From positions 3,712,001 to 3,776,000 of the forward strand of contig OY969695.1 of assembly GCA_963701965.1 (NCBI GenBank): 64,000 nt of DNA. The letters run 5' to 3'. Below, piece by piece: positions 9,318 to 19,249 of the stretch (position 1 is its first letter; each line of letters starts with the position of its first letter). The notes under the pieces were generated by a model, which saw only the letters and a program-made list of their open reading frames with translations, was not told the origin of the DNA and ran no database searches. Position numbers and translations under genes: made by a program. This DNA comes from an uncultured Gemmatimonadales bacterium (GTDB lineage: Bacteria > Gemmatimonadota > Gemmatimonadetes > Gemmatimonadales > Gemmatimonadaceae).

Positions 9318-10441
9318 AGCAGGCGGCCGATCCACCCGCCCACGAAGTACCCGACGGCCGCCACGCCGAGGCCGACGACGAACATATCGACGCCGGACCG
9401 GAACAACCCGCGACCCGTGAAGATCGAGCGGGCGGCGCCGACCAGGAAGTGCGACAGCATGGCCAGCGTGAACGCCAGCACGATGGCCGGCGTCCCATGC
9501 GTGAAGAAGAAGGGCGCGACGGGGATGATGGCGCCGAAGCCGGTCGCGACGCCGGTCACCCATCCTTCGCGCATCGGCGACATGTCCGGCTCGCCGATCT
9601 TGAGCTCCTCGCGCACTTGCTCGTCGAGCATGCGCCGGGGATCCGCCATGACGTTGGTCGCCAGCTGCTCGGCCGCCGAGCGGTCCATGCCTTTGGCCTG
9701 ATAGATGAGCGCCAGCTCGTCGCGCTCCACCTCGGGCATGAGCGCGATCTCGTCGCGCTCCATCGCGATCTCGTGCGCGTATACCTCCTGCTCGCTCTTG
9801 GCCGCGAGATACCCACTCGATCCCATCGACAACGCGTCGGCGATCAACCCTGCGACCCCGGCCACGACCACCGCCTGGTGCTGCTGCGTCGCCGCGGCGC
9901 CGATCACCCCGGCGACCAGGCCGAAGTTGGCCGTGAGCCCGTCGTTGAACCCATACACGATGTTGCGGAGCAGTCCGCCTGCTCCCGTCCGGTGCCACGG
10001 CTCGGCGCCACGGCCCGCCAGCCCGGCCAACGTCGACGCGTGGTCGGCGCTCTCCCGCGCCAGGAGCAGCGCCTCGCTGCTGCCTGGCGCGCCCCGCTCC
10101 GTAGACCGGTGCAGGTCGAGATAGCCTTTGACCTCGCGCCCCTCCTCTTCGAGGAGCAGCGGCAGGAGAAACCCGGGGCCGAGCCGGCGCCCGAGCGTGG
10201 CCAGGACCCGCGTGCGGAGACTGGGCTGGAAGGGCCCGGGCGGGTGGCCGTGGGCCGCGAGGAGCTCTCCCCAGATCGTGACGTGGCGATCCTCGACGCC
10301 GGCCAACTGCTCATACACGTCCCGCTTGGCCGGGTCCTGCTCCACGCTCGCCAAGAGCCGGTAGAGAAACGCGGCGTCGGCCTCGTCCTGCCAATGATGG
10401 GCGAACGTGTGATAGTCGGGGTCGACGGCCGCGGTGGTCAT
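9314..10441 (-). CDS. VIT1/CCC1 family transporter with N-terminal ferritin/rubrerythrin-like domain
   Basis: N-terminal E..ExxH helices (EDRH, ESADH); VIT1 core LRNIVYGFNDGL...ADALSMGSSGYL and C-terminal TM helices. Confidence 0.88.
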   Translation of the reverse strand: MTTAAVDPDYHTFAHHWQDEADAAFLYRLLASVEQDPAKRDVYEQLAGVEDRHVTIWGELLAAHGHPPGPFQPSLRTRVLATLGRRLGPGFLLPLLLEEEGREVKGYLDLHRSTERGAPGSSEALLLARESADHASTLAGLAGRGAEPWHRTGAGGLLRNIVYGFNDGLTANFGLVAGVIGAAATQQHQAVVVAGVAGLIADALSMGSSGYLAAKSEQEVYAHEIAMERDEIALMPEVERDELALIYQAKGMDRSAAEQLATNVMADPRRMLDEQVREELKIGEPDMSPMREGWVTGVATGFGAIIPVAPFFFTHGTPAIVLAFTLAMLSHFLVGAARSIFTGRGLFRSGVDMFVVGLGVAAVGYFVGGWIGRLL

Positions 10442-10528
10442 GCCGAAAAATACGCGGGCAACCCCTCCGACGCGCCCGGCATTCTCATCTACCAGAGCAG
10501 GTTATCCCACAACCCGGACCGTCATCCT

Positions 10529-11188
10529 ATGCGCGTTTCTGTCGCACTTCCCGCTGCGCTCATGCTGCTGGCCCTCCCCGCGCTGGCCCAGACCGTGACC
10601 AAGGACTCGGACACCTGCATCAACATCGTCCGCCGGCCGTACCTGACCGCGTTCCGCGGTGGCGGGACCGATCGCCCCGTGCTGGGACTCGAGACCAGCA
10701 GTGGCAGCGTCCGCGACTCCCTCGGCGTCCTCATCGTGGGCGTCTCGGCCAACGGACCCGCCGACAAAGCCGGCATCGAGGAAGGCGATCGCATCGCCAC
10801 CGCCAATGGCATCGACCTGCGTCTCGCGGCCTCTGACGCCGGCGATCGCGAGATGCGCGGCCTCATGGGACGCCGGCTGGCGCGCGCGATCCAGAAAGTG
10901 AAAGCGGGCGACGCCGTCGACCTGCGCGTCTACCACAACGGGCAATACAAGACGGTGAAAGTCACCACCGTCAAAGCCAGCGAGCTCGCGGACGACGACG
11001 ATTTCATGCAGGTCGGCGCCAACGACATGAACCTGCGGCTGCTCGACGTCATGCCGAGCCTGGACCACGCCATGGGCCAACTCAATGCGTCGATGGCGGG
11101 GCTCAGGAGCCTCAAGGCCCTGGAGGGTCTCAAGAACATCAAGATCGTCCCGCCCGAGATCATCGACGACGGGATTCACCGGTACTAA
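10529..11188 (+). CDS. Exported PDZ-domain protein
   Basis: Signal peptide MRVSVALPAALMLLALPALAQ; PDZ core VLGL...GVLIVGVSANGPADKAGIEEGDRI. Confidence 0.8.
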   Translation: MRVSVALPAALMLLALPALAQTVTKDSDTCINIVRRPYLTAFRGGGTDRPVLGLETSSGSVRDSLGVLIVGVSANGPADKAGIEEGDRIATANGIDLRLAASDAGDREMRGLMGRRLARAIQKVKAGDAVDLRVYHNGQYKTVKVTTVKASELADDDDFMQVGANDMNLRLLDVMPSLDHAMGQLNASMAGLRSLKALEGLKNIKIVPPEIIDDGIHRY

Positions 11189-11215
11189 ATAGGGAGCCCG
11201 TCGGGCTCCCTATTT
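11187..11215. terminator. Bidirectional intrinsic terminator-like hairpin
   Basis: AAATAGGGAGCCC-GTC-GGGCTCCCTATTT, a 13-bp inverted repeat between two convergent genes. Confidence 0.75.
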
Positions 11216-11596
11216 GTCGTATTTGGCTTGATTCGCTTTGGTGAGCGCCTGCATGTCGTCGAACGTGCGACGCTGGTCCGGCGTCGACAGCAGCGCCTTG
11301 ATCGCGGCCGCCGCCCGATCACTCACCGAGTCGATCTGCGGCCGGACCGGCTTGACCAAGGCGGCGATTTGCCGGTGCTTGTTGTCGAGGATCGAATCGA
11401 CGTCCGCCCGTTGGGCGGCCGTGAGATCCAGTTCCTCGCCGAACCGCAGGCGCATGGCGGCCTGATCGCCCCAGCGCGGACACAGGCGGTCGCGCGCCAC
11501 CAGCCGGTCGGCGGTAAAGCCCAGGACACCGCCGACCAATGTCGCGCCAAGCAAGAACGCGAAGGCTTGCCGTGACCGGCTAGTACCCGTAGACAT
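11210..11596 (-). CDS. Membrane-anchored periplasmic helical protein (Spy/CpxP-like), ECF-associated
   Basis: N-terminal TM; LDLTAAQR and LLSTPDQR LTxxQ-like motifs; third gene of the sigma operon. Confidence 0.65.
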   Translation of the reverse strand: MSTGTSRSRQAFAFLLGATLVGGVLGFTADRLVARDRLCPRWGDQAAMRLRFGEELDLTAAQRADVDSILDNKHRQIAALVKPVRPQIDSVSDRAAAAIKALLSTPDQRRTFDDMQALTKANQAKYDK

Positions 11597-11942
11597 AGCG
11601 GAGCGTCGCCTCTCTTTCCGACACGTCGACGAGCCGCTCGCGAAGCTGCACGGGCTCCGGAGCCCTCGACTCGATGACCATCTCGTAGGCCAACCGCCGC
11701 TCGGTCACGCGCTCGCGCCACGCCGTGATCCCGAGCCCCAGAACCGCCAATCCGGCGGCCGCCAACCACGCCCGCTGCCAACCTCGAAACGCCCGCACCC
11801 ACTCGTCGCCCGCCGCCGTCGCGACGCGCCACATGATCTTGGCCTCGAGGCGCTGCCAATACCGCGGGTCCCGCGGCGGGGCGATCTCCGCGGCCAACGC
11901 CCGCGTGAGACGCGGGTCGGCCGGCGTTACGCGGCGGTCCAT
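11580..11942 (-). CDS. Putative anti-sigma factor (single TM)
   Basis: Small protein with one TM, overlapping the end of the ECF sigma gene. Confidence 0.6.
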   Translation of the reverse strand: MDRRVTPADPRLTRALAAEIAPPRDPRYWQRLEAKIMWRVATAAGDEWVRAFRGWQRAWLAAAGLAVLGLGITAWRERVTERRLAYEMVIESRAPEPVQLRERLVDVSEREATLRYVYGY

Positions 11943-12505
11943 ATGGCCTTGAGCACCGCCCGCAAAGCCCGCCGGGCGTGGTGAAGGTCCGACCGGGCCG
12001 TCCCTTCCGGGATGCCGAGTAAGCGCCCGATCTCTCCGTGCCGGAAACCCTCGACGTCGTGCAAAATGATGACCGACCGTTGGCGGGGCGTCAGGCGCCC
12101 CAGCGCCGTCCGCAGCCGCCCCCGGAGATCGGCCACCTCCGCCGGATCGCGGAAGTGCGAGGCGAGCGTGTCGGTCAGCTCGTCCGCGTCACGCACCCGC
12201 CGGCGCCGCGTGATGTCGAGGGCCGCGTTGGCGACTATACGGTGCAACCACGCCCCAAAGGCCTGGTCCGGCCGAAAGCGGTCCAAGGCGCGATAGGCGT
12301 GCAGAAACCCCTCCTGTACCGCATCTTCGGCGTCTTCGTGGGTCGTCACCACGGATCGCGCGATCGCGTACGCGCGCCGCTGGTGGGCCCGAACCAAAGC
12401 GCCGAAGGCGTCCGTGTCCCCATTCTGGGCCGCACGGATCAGGACCTTTTCGTCCGGCGCCGCGGGCGGTGTGCTGGGGAGCGCTGAGGCGGAGGGGGGA
12501 GTCAT
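11927..12505 (-). CDS. ECF (sigma-70 family) RNA polymerase sigma factor
   Basis: Region 2 DAEDAVQEGFLHAY...FGAWLHRIVAN; region 4 EIGRLLGIPEGTARSDLHHAR. Start probably ATG 12505. Confidence 0.92.
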   Translation of the reverse strand: MTPPSASALPSTPPAAPDEKVLIRAAQNGDTDAFGALVRAHQRRAYAIARSVVTTHEDAEDAVQEGFLHAYRALDRFRPDQAFGAWLHRIVANAALDITRRRRVRDADELTDTLASHFRDPAEVADLRGRLRTALGRLTPRQRSVIILHDVEGFRHGEIGRLLGIPEGTARSDLHHARRALRAVLKAIWTAA

Positions 12506-12519
12506 GGAATGCTGAAAAA

Positions 12520-12572
12520 GTAACGTGCCCGCATCTCGAAACGTTGGACTAGGCCCAAGCGTCATTCGTTAC
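12520..12572. promoter_or_regulatory. Candidate overlapping ECF-type promoters
   Basis: + GTAAC-N17-CGTT (12520-12545), + GAAAC-N17-CGTC (12538-12563), and - GTAAC-N17-AGTC (12572-12547). Confidence 0.45.
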
Positions 12573-12582
12573 CACGAGTAAT

Positions 12583-15500
12583 ATGGTTGAATCCCGTCCC
12601 GCCCGCTTGGGCTGGTATGTTGCCGGTGCGACGACCCTCGTCCTGACGCTGGCAACGTGCGACGCGCTCACGGCGCCCAAAGCGGAGCACGTCGCCTTGG
12701 CGTGGGTTGGAGACACGATCATCACGGCCGGTCGGCGCGTGCCCGTTGGCGTCGCCGTGACCGTCGCCGGGCGTACCTACAACAACCCGCGATTCTCGGT
12801 ACAGTCCTCCGACACGACGATCCTTTCCGTGTCCAATGATGGCGACTCCCTGCGCGCGGTGCGCCTCGGCGTCGTCACGGTGACGGTCCAACTGGAGAAC
12901 GTGCTGCTTTCCGGCACGCCGCCCACGCTCACCCAGGATCTCCTCGTCGCCCCGAAGTCTGTGCAGTTCGCCCGTACCGCCGACACGCTGCACTCGCTCG
13001 GCGAAGCGGTGACGCCCTCCATCGTCGCGCTGGACCTGAACGGCGACTCGATTCCGGGTGTCACGTATACGTGGGCGTCGAACGACACCGCGATCCTGAC
13101 GGTGTCGCAGCGGGGGCAAATCCTGAGCGCCCACAACGGCAATACCAAGGTGCGTGCCGTCGTCCAAGGCGATACTGCTACGCTCCCGGTGAATGTGTCA
13201 CAGCTTTTGGTGCACTTCGGTATCACACCGCCGCTGGCCCTGACGCTCAACGCGATCAACGCCGAGACGACGCTGGTCGCCGCGGGACGCGACTCGCTGG
13301 GCTCGGCCATCACGGGCGCCGCGGGCACCCCGCTCTGGCAACTGCAGACCCCCAACGTGGTCTCGATCGACCAAACGGGACGCCTGACCGCCATCAACAA
13401 CGGGACGACGTACGCTTACGCCGTGCGGGGCAGCGCCCGCGACAGCGTGCAGGTGAACGTGGTGCAGCAGGCCACGCGTCTCCTGGTGACGTCGCCCAAC
13501 GGGCTGGCCATCGGGGCGATCGGCGGCACGCTCACATTGAACGTCGTCGCGTTCGACCGGCTCAACAACCCGGTCACCAACGACCAGGCCACCTTGGTCT
13601 CCCTCGATCCCTCGATCGCGCAAGTGGCCACGGGGACGCGCGTCGTCACGGCCCAAGGCCTGGGCACGGCGCGCATTGTCGCGCTTCTCGACGCGATCGC
13701 CGACACGGTGCGCGTGGTCATCAGCAATCAGCCCACGAAGCTCGTGCTGTCGGCGGACACGGCGACCATTCCGGCCGTCGGCGACACCATCCAGCTCACG
13801 GCCACGCTGTTGAACGCCAGCGGCAATGTCGTCAACGGCCTGACGCCGACCTGGCGCGTCACCGACACGACGGTGATCACCGTCCAGCAGAACGGTCGGG
13901 TGACCGCCGTCCGGACGGGCGGTGCCCGCGTCATCGCGGTATTCAATACGATCGCCGACACCACCGTCGTGGCCGTCACCAACAATGCGGCGACGCTCCA
14001 GATCAACAAGCGCCTCGACAGCCTCAAATCGCTCGGCGACACGCTCACCATCCCCGTCACCCTGCAGAACGCGCGCGGGGTGGCGCTGCCCGCCAGTGCC
14101 GCCACCTGGACGAGCAACGATCCGACGATCGCCAGCGTGACATCCAACGCCTTCGTGACCGCCATCGGCGTCGGCCGGACGACCGTCCGCGCCGCGAGCG
14201 GCGTCCTCCGCGACTCGGCGATCATCGTGGTGACCAACAACCCCGTCCACATCGTGCTGAATTCGTCGCTCGACACGATGACGGCGCGGGGGCAGACGCT
14301 GCTCTATACCGCGCAACTCACGAACGCCGACGGGAACCCCGTCACTGGCGCCACGATCGTATGGTCGTCGACCGTCTCGTCGGTGGCCAGCGTGACGGCG
14401 ACCGGACTCGTGACCGCGCTCACCAACGGCACCACGAAGATCGTGGCCACCGCCGGCTCGGTCACCGCCAACGCCACGCTCGTCGTGGGCAGTCCCACGA
14501 CGCTCATCGTCGACAACAGCACGCTGGATACCCTGTCCTTCGGTACGCTCAAGCGCCCCTATCACCGGATCGGCAATGCGGTGTCGGCGTCGGTCCCCGG
14601 CGACACCGTGTTCGTCCGCGTCGGCGCGCATCCCTACAGCGAGGAGGTCGCGTTGAACAAGGCGATCGTCCTCACCGGAGACCCGACCGCGTATCTGGCG
14701 GCCAACCGCGATCCCACGAAGCTGCCCCTGCTCTCGCACGACACGGGGACGGCGGGCATTCTGTCGACGAGTCCCGCCCGCGTCGTGGTGCGGACGCTGG
14801 CCATCCGGCACACGTTGGATGGTCCGGCCATCGACGCCCGCACGGCGGCGATCCAGATCAATCAGGTGTACGTGAACCCGTCCGGCGATGCGTTTTCCTC
14901 GGGCCGCGGTTTCTCGGTGCAGTCGACCAGCCAGGCCACCATCGATAGTTGCATCGTCTCCGCCGTGCACGGATACGCCGTCTCGTTCCGCAACGTGATC
15001 AACGGACGCATCAACCAGATCACGGTGAACGGCGTCGTGCTCTCCACCGCCCTCGATTCGACGGTGGGCGCCGGGATCGCGGTCATGCAGGGATCGGGCA
15101 ATCTCGTGGAGAACGATCTGGTCCGGCTCACCGCCGGCCCGGAGATCTTCGTCGACTCCAGCGCCACCGCGACCATCACGGGCAACAACGTCGCCGGTGA
15201 ATCCCAGTTGATGCGCCTTCTGGCCTCATCGGGCGCGCAGGTGACCGGGAACAGCTTCGACACGCGCCTGCAGACGGGCCAGACGTTCACGGGCAATTCG
15301 CTGACCGACGGCCGCTCCGGCCTGGAGATCAACGCGTCGCCCGGCGCGACGGTCGCCGGCAACGCCTTCGTGGACAACGCGGCGAGCCAGATGGACCAGA
15401 TTCACATCGTGGGCACCCGCGGCGCGGGCGTGCAGCTCCAGCGCCTGTCGTTTCAGGGCGGGCGCTTCAACGTCAACAGCAGCCTGTCCGACTGGACCCT

Positions 15501-16524
15501 CTCCCAATCGCACGGCACGTCGGCGCAGAGCGGCGTGTTCCTCTCCAACGCCGACACGGCGACGCTGGCGTCCGACACCTTGTCCGGTGCGTCCGGACCG
15601 TGCGTGCAGGTCACGGGCACCACCAAGGGTCAACTCACCGTGACCGGCGGCCTCTATGCGCAGTGCGGCCCCGCCAGCACGGCGGCGATCACGTCGACGG
15701 CGACGCAGGCGGCGCTCGACATCACCGGTGTCGTGTTCAGCGGCGCATCACAGCGGTCGGTGGATGTCTCCAGCGGACACCACGTGACCCTGCGCGGCAA
15801 TCTGACGATGGATGGCGGGTTCGCGGTCAGCGGCAGTCCGCCCGGCGGCGTATACGATCTGTCGGCGGACTCGATGGTGGTGGTCAGCAACAACGTGGTG
15901 GACTTTCCGAGCTACAGCGGCTTGAATGTGGATGGCGGCGTGCTGCGGGCCGACAGCAACACGTTCAGCCAAAACGCCGTCGGCATGCGCATCGGGAACC
16001 TGACCACATTCGAGGCCAGCCGGAATGACATTTTTGACAACGACACCGCGGGAGTCGTCAACGATAGGGCCTCGTCGGTGACCCTCACCAACAACTTCTG
16101 GGGAGACTCGATCGGACCCCGGCGGTCGGTGGTGCGGGCGGCGACGGGCGATACCATCATCGGTGCGTCGACGTTCACACCATTTATGGCGCAGCCGGTA
16201 TTCGCCGGCACGCGGTCGCAGCGGCAACGAGGTGTGGACGGCAATGGACAGACGGCACCGGCGGGGTCGACCCTGCCGTTCGCGTTCGTCGTACGAGTCG
16301 TCGACGCGGCCGGCAATCCGGTGGCGAATGTCAACGTGACTTTCACGGTCTCTTCAGGGGGCGGGACACTCAATGGTCCGACCGCGACTTCCGTGATGAT
16401 CGCCACGGGGAGCGATGGTCTTGCCCGCGGGACCCTGACGCTCGGTTCGACCCCCGGGGCCAACGCGGTCACCACGAGCGTGCCCGCCCTGGCCAATGTC
16501 GTCTTCACGGCCACCGGCCAATGA
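12583..16524 (+). CDS. Large exported/lipoprotein with tandem Ig-like (Big_2-like) repeats, right-handed beta-helix region and C-terminal Big_1-like domain
   Basis: Signal ending LTLATC; about six repeats of W.S.D.TIA.V...G.VTA...G...V.A; Asn-rich beta-helix repeats; C-terminal VRVVDAAGNPVANVNVTF...TGSDGLA. Confidence 0.85.
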   Translation: MVESRPARLGWYVAGATTLVLTLATCDALTAPKAEHVALAWVGDTIITAGRRVPVGVAVTVAGRTYNNPRFSVQSSDTTILSVSNDGDSLRAVRLGVVTVTVQLENVLLSGTPPTLTQDLLVAPKSVQFARTADTLHSLGEAVTPSIVALDLNGDSIPGVTYTWASNDTAILTVSQRGQILSAHNGNTKVRAVVQGDTATLPVNVSQLLVHFGITPPLALTLNAINAETTLVAAGRDSLGSAITGAAGTPLWQLQTPNVVSIDQTGRLTAINNGTTYAYAVRGSARDSVQVNVVQQATRLLVTSPNGLAIGAIGGTLTLNVVAFDRLNNPVTNDQATLVSLDPSIAQVATGTRVVTAQGLGTARIVALLDAIADTVRVVISNQPTKLVLSADTATIPAVGDTIQLTATLLNASGNVVNGLTPTWRVTDTTVITVQQNGRVTAVRTGGARVIAVFNTIADTTVVAVTNNAATLQINKRLDSLKSLGDTLTIPVTLQNARGVALPASAATWTSNDPTIASVTSNAFVTAIGVGRTTVRAASGVLRDSAIIVVTNNPVHIVLNSSLDTMTARGQTLLYTAQLTNADGNPVTGATIVWSSTVSSVASVTATGLVTALTNGTTKIVATAGSVTANATLVVGSPTTLIVDNSTLDTLSFGTLKRPYHRIGNAVSASVPGDTVFVRVGAHPYSEEVALNKAIVLTGDPTAYLAANRDPTKLPLLSHDTGTAGILSTSPARVVVRTLAIRHTLDGPAIDARTAAIQINQVYVNPSGDAFSSGRGFSVQSTSQATIDSCIVSAVHGYAVSFRNVINGRINQITVNGVVLSTALDSTVGAGIAVMQGSGNLVENDLVRLTAGPEIFVDSSATATITGNNVAGESQLMRLLASSGAQVTGNSFDTRLQTGQTFTGNSLTDGRSGLEINASPGATVAGNAFVDNAASQMDQIHIVGTRGAGVQLQRLSFQGGRFNVNSSLSDWTLSQSHGTSAQSGVFLSNADTATLASDTLSGASGPCVQVTGTTKGQLTVTGGLYAQCGPASTAAITSTATQAALDITGVVFSGASQRSVDVSSGHHVTLRGNLTMDGGFAVSGSPPGGVYDLSADSMVVVSNNVVDFPSYSGLNVDGGVLRADSNTFSQNAVGMRIGNLTTFEASRNDIFDNDTAGVVNDRASSVTLTNNFWGDSIGPRRSVVRAATGDTIIGASTFTPFMAQPVFAGTRSQRQRGVDGNGQTAPAGSTLPFAFVVRVVDAAGNPVANVNVTFTVSSGGGTLNGPTATSVMIATGSDGLARGTLTLGSTPGANAVTTSVPALANVVFTATGQ

Positions 16525-18182
16525 TCCGCTGCCCGTCCTGCGAGACCGCGAACGCCGACGACGCGCGCTTCTGCGAGCGTTGCGGCGCCGCGCTCGCCGG
16601 ACCGGCGGAGGCGACGCAGCTGATCGATCCGGTGGCCGCCGCGGCGTCGTCTTCGGGCGATGCGCCCGGCGTCGACCACGAGGCGCGCCGGGCGCTGCTG
16701 GAGTTGGCGCGCCGGGAGTTGGTCGACGAGTACGACGTCGAGCGCGAGATCGGCCGCGGCGGCATGGCGGTGGTGTTCCGCGCGATCGAGCTGGGCCTCC
16801 GGCGCCCGGTCGCGCTCAAGGTCCTGCCGCCCGGCCTGGCGCTCGGGGCATCGGTGGTGGAGCGCTTCAAGCGCGAAGCGCAAATGGCGGCCTCGCTCGA
16901 CCATCCGAACATCATCCCGGTCTATCGGGTCGGCCAGACGCCCTCGCTGCTCTACCTGACGATGCGCTACGTCGAGGGGCGATCGCTGGACGCGGTCATT
17001 GCCAGTCAAGGCGCGCTCCCGGTCCCGGCGGTGCTCTCGGTCCTCCGCTCGGCGGCGGCGGCCCTGGCCTACGCGCACGAGCACCGGATCGTCCACCGCG
17101 ACGTCAAAGGCGCGAACATCCTGATCGATACGTCCGGACGCGTCATCGTCACGGACTTCGGCGTCGCGCGGGCGATCGAGAATGCCTCGATGACGACGAC
17201 CGGCTCGGTGATCGGGACGCCGTATTTCATGAGCCCGGAAGCCTGCGCCGGCAAAGTCGCCGGACCCCAGAGCGACCAGTACTCGCTCGGTATCGTGGCG
17301 TTTCAAATGCTGACCGGGGCGGTGCCGTTTCATGCCGAGACGCTGGCGGCGATCATGAACCACCACCTCATCACGCCGCCCCCGGACATCACCGCGGTGC
17401 GCGATGACGTGCCGCCCGCGCTGGTCGACGTCGTCAAGCGCATGCTCATGAAGGACCCCGTGCAGCGGTACCGCACGACGGGCGATCTCCTCGCCGAGAT
17501 CGAGGCCATCCCGCTCACCGCAATGGATCGTTCGTCCGGCGAGACGGTGTTGCGCGAGCTCGCCCACGGGGCGAGCGTCGCCTCGATCGCGACGCAGAAG
17601 CTGCCGCCGCTGGCCGACACCATGGGGATCGTCGCGGCGCACGACGCGCTGCTGCGCTCGACCGAGCGCGCGACCAAACGCCGGCGCACGCGGCGCGTCG
17701 TCGTGTTGGCCGGCGCCGCGGTGGCGCTCGCCGCGTACGCGCTCCTCGGCACGTTCCGCGGGTCGCGCGTGATCCCGGCGGCCGCCGCATCCACGCCAGG
17801 CGCCACCGCGGTCCCCAGCGCCCCGGACTCCCAGACATCCCCGGTGACCCCGCCGGCGCCGCCGCCGCGGACGATCGTCCCGGTCACCGTCGCCCGCAAC
17901 CCGCGGCGCCGGGACTCGGTGCCGGTGCCCGTCACCGCGGCGGTGGATACGACACCCGGCAAAATGCGCGTCCGCGCGTTGCCAGGGGATGCGACCATCT
18001 TCGTGGACGGCCGTCCGGTCGGCCACGGCGCGGTATTCGACGTGGCGCTGCCGCCGGGTCTGCGCGCGCTTCGGATCGTGGCACCGGGCTACGCCGAATA
18101 CGACACGACGTTCACGGTCCGCCCGGGCGAGACGACGAACCTGGCGACGGTCACGCTCAAGGGCTCGGGCCAGGAACCGTGA
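16521..18182 (+). CDS. Ser/Thr protein kinase with N-terminal zinc ribbon, TM and C-terminal PEGA domain
   Basis: CPSC..CERC; GRGGMAVV, VALK, HRDVKGAN, DFG, GTPYFMSPE; Pro-rich linker; PGDATIFVDG...PGY. Confidence 0.92.
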   Translation: MIRCPSCETANADDARFCERCGAALAGPAEATQLIDPVAAAASSSGDAPGVDHEARRALLELARRELVDEYDVEREIGRGGMAVVFRAIELGLRRPVALKVLPPGLALGASVVERFKREAQMAASLDHPNIIPVYRVGQTPSLLYLTMRYVEGRSLDAVIASQGALPVPAVLSVLRSAAAALAYAHEHRIVHRDVKGANILIDTSGRVIVTDFGVARAIENASMTTTGSVIGTPYFMSPEACAGKVAGPQSDQYSLGIVAFQMLTGAVPFHAETLAAIMNHHLITPPPDITAVRDDVPPALVDVVKRMLMKDPVQRYRTTGDLLAEIEAIPLTAMDRSSGETVLRELAHGASVASIATQKLPPLADTMGIVAAHDALLRSTERATKRRRTRRVVVLAGAAVALAAYALLGTFRGSRVIPAAAASTPGATAVPSAPDSQTSPVTPPAPPPRTIVPVTVARNPRRRDSVPVPVTAAVDTTPGKMRVRALPGDATIFVDGRPVGHGAVFDVALPPGLRALRIVAPGYAEYDTTFTVRPGETTNLATVTLKGSGQEP

Positions 18183-19249
18183 CGAGGCCCGGCCCGACGC
18201 GGGCCTGGGCGCTCGCGGCGTGCGTCGCGCTCGCGCTCGCTCTCCCGCGCCCGACGCGCGCGCAGAGCAATACCGACGAAACGCTCCAACGGGCGGTGCA
18301 CCTGTACGAAGAGCTACAGGTCGAGCGCGCGTTGGTGCTCCTGCGCCAGGTGATCTCGCCGAGCTCCCCGTTCGTGGTCTCCAGCGCCCAGCGGGTCCAG
18401 GCCTACAAATACCTGGGCGCCGCGCACGCGATTCTCGGGCAGCCGGACTCGGCGTCGGTGTACTTCCGGGCGGCAATCGAACGCGATCCGTTCGTGGATC
18501 TCGATGCCCAGGCCTTCACGGCCGCCGAACGCTCGGTATTCGCCGACGCCCGCCGGCGGACCTTCGCGGTCGCCGTCCGCCCGATCGCCCGTACCCGCAT
18601 CGATCCCCGCATCGAGCGCATGACCTTCGTGTTGCTCTCGACGCACGCCGGCACGCTGCACGCCGAGATCCGCGATGTGCACGGCGCGGCGACGACGATC
18701 TTCGACGCCGAAAACGAAGGCGTCCGCGAGATCCAGTGGGATGGTCTGCTGGCCGACGGCCACCTGGCGACGCCGGGACGCTACGTGCTGTTCGTCCGCG
18801 GGGTGAGCCACATCTCGCAGCATCCGGACTCGGCCCGGCTTTTCCTCGACGTGGAGCTCGACCGGCCGCCGCTCGAGGACACGCTACGGTCGCTGGGGGC
18901 GGCGGACCTGCTGCCGGAACGGTACCCGACGTCCGCCACGAGCTTCGAGCTGGCCAAAGGACTGGGAGTCGCCGTGACCGCGCTCGCCATCCCGATCGCG
19001 GTCGGGAGCCGGGGGCTCGGCGCCGGCGCGCGCGGGCTGGCTGGTGTGATGGCCGGCATCGGCATCGGCGTCGGCGTCGGCGGGTTCGTGTGGCGTCGCC
19101 AGCACGGCGAGATCGCCGCCAATATCGCCGAGAATACCCGGCGCCGCGCCGCGCGCGCCAACGAGAACGCCGAGATCGCGCGCCGCAATGACGCGCGCCT
19201 GGCGGTCACCGCGCTGGTCATCACTCCCGCCGCTGGAGTGGGACCATGA
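18179..19249 (+). CDS. Exported protein with TPR-like N-terminus, FlgD-Ig-like segment and C-terminal hydrophobic helices
   Basis: Signal peptide ending AQ; AYKYLGAAHAILGQPDSASVYFRAAI (TPR-like); EIQWDGLLADGHLATPGRY. GTGA overlap with the kinase gene. Confidence 0.75.
   Translation: MTRPGPTRAWALAACVALALALPRPTRAQSNTDETLQRAVHLYEELQVERALVLLRQVISPSSPFVVSSAQRVQAYKYLGAAHAILGQPDSASVYFRAAIERDPFVDLDAQAFTAAERSVFADARRRTFAVAVRPIARTRIDPRIERMTFVLLSTHAGTLHAEIRDVHGAATTIFDAENEGVREIQWDGLLADGHLATPGRYVLFVRGVSHISQHPDSARLFLDVELDRPPLEDTLRSLGAADLLPERYPTSATSFELAKGLGVAVTALAIPIAVGSRGLGAGARGLAGVMAGIGIGVGVGGFVWRRQHGEIAANIAENTRRRAARANENAEIARRNDARLAVTALVITPAAGVGP

Noticed and set aside
6777..9998. 1073-aa minus-strand ORF opposite leuS, and similar long antisense ORFs (2299-4173, 15912-18476, 38948-41116, 42659-44662)
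   Set aside because: Shadow ORFs typical of high-GC DNA: Arg/Gly/Val-rich, no motifs, and overlapping well-supported genes.
9449..10528. Long N-terminal extension on the PDZ ORF
   Set aside because: Antisense to the VIT1 gene; the signal peptide begins at 10529.
12900..14500. Repetitive sequence considered as a CRISPR array or DNA tandem repeat
   Set aside because: These are degenerate protein-level Ig repeats; there are no identical DNA repeats with spacers and no cas genes.
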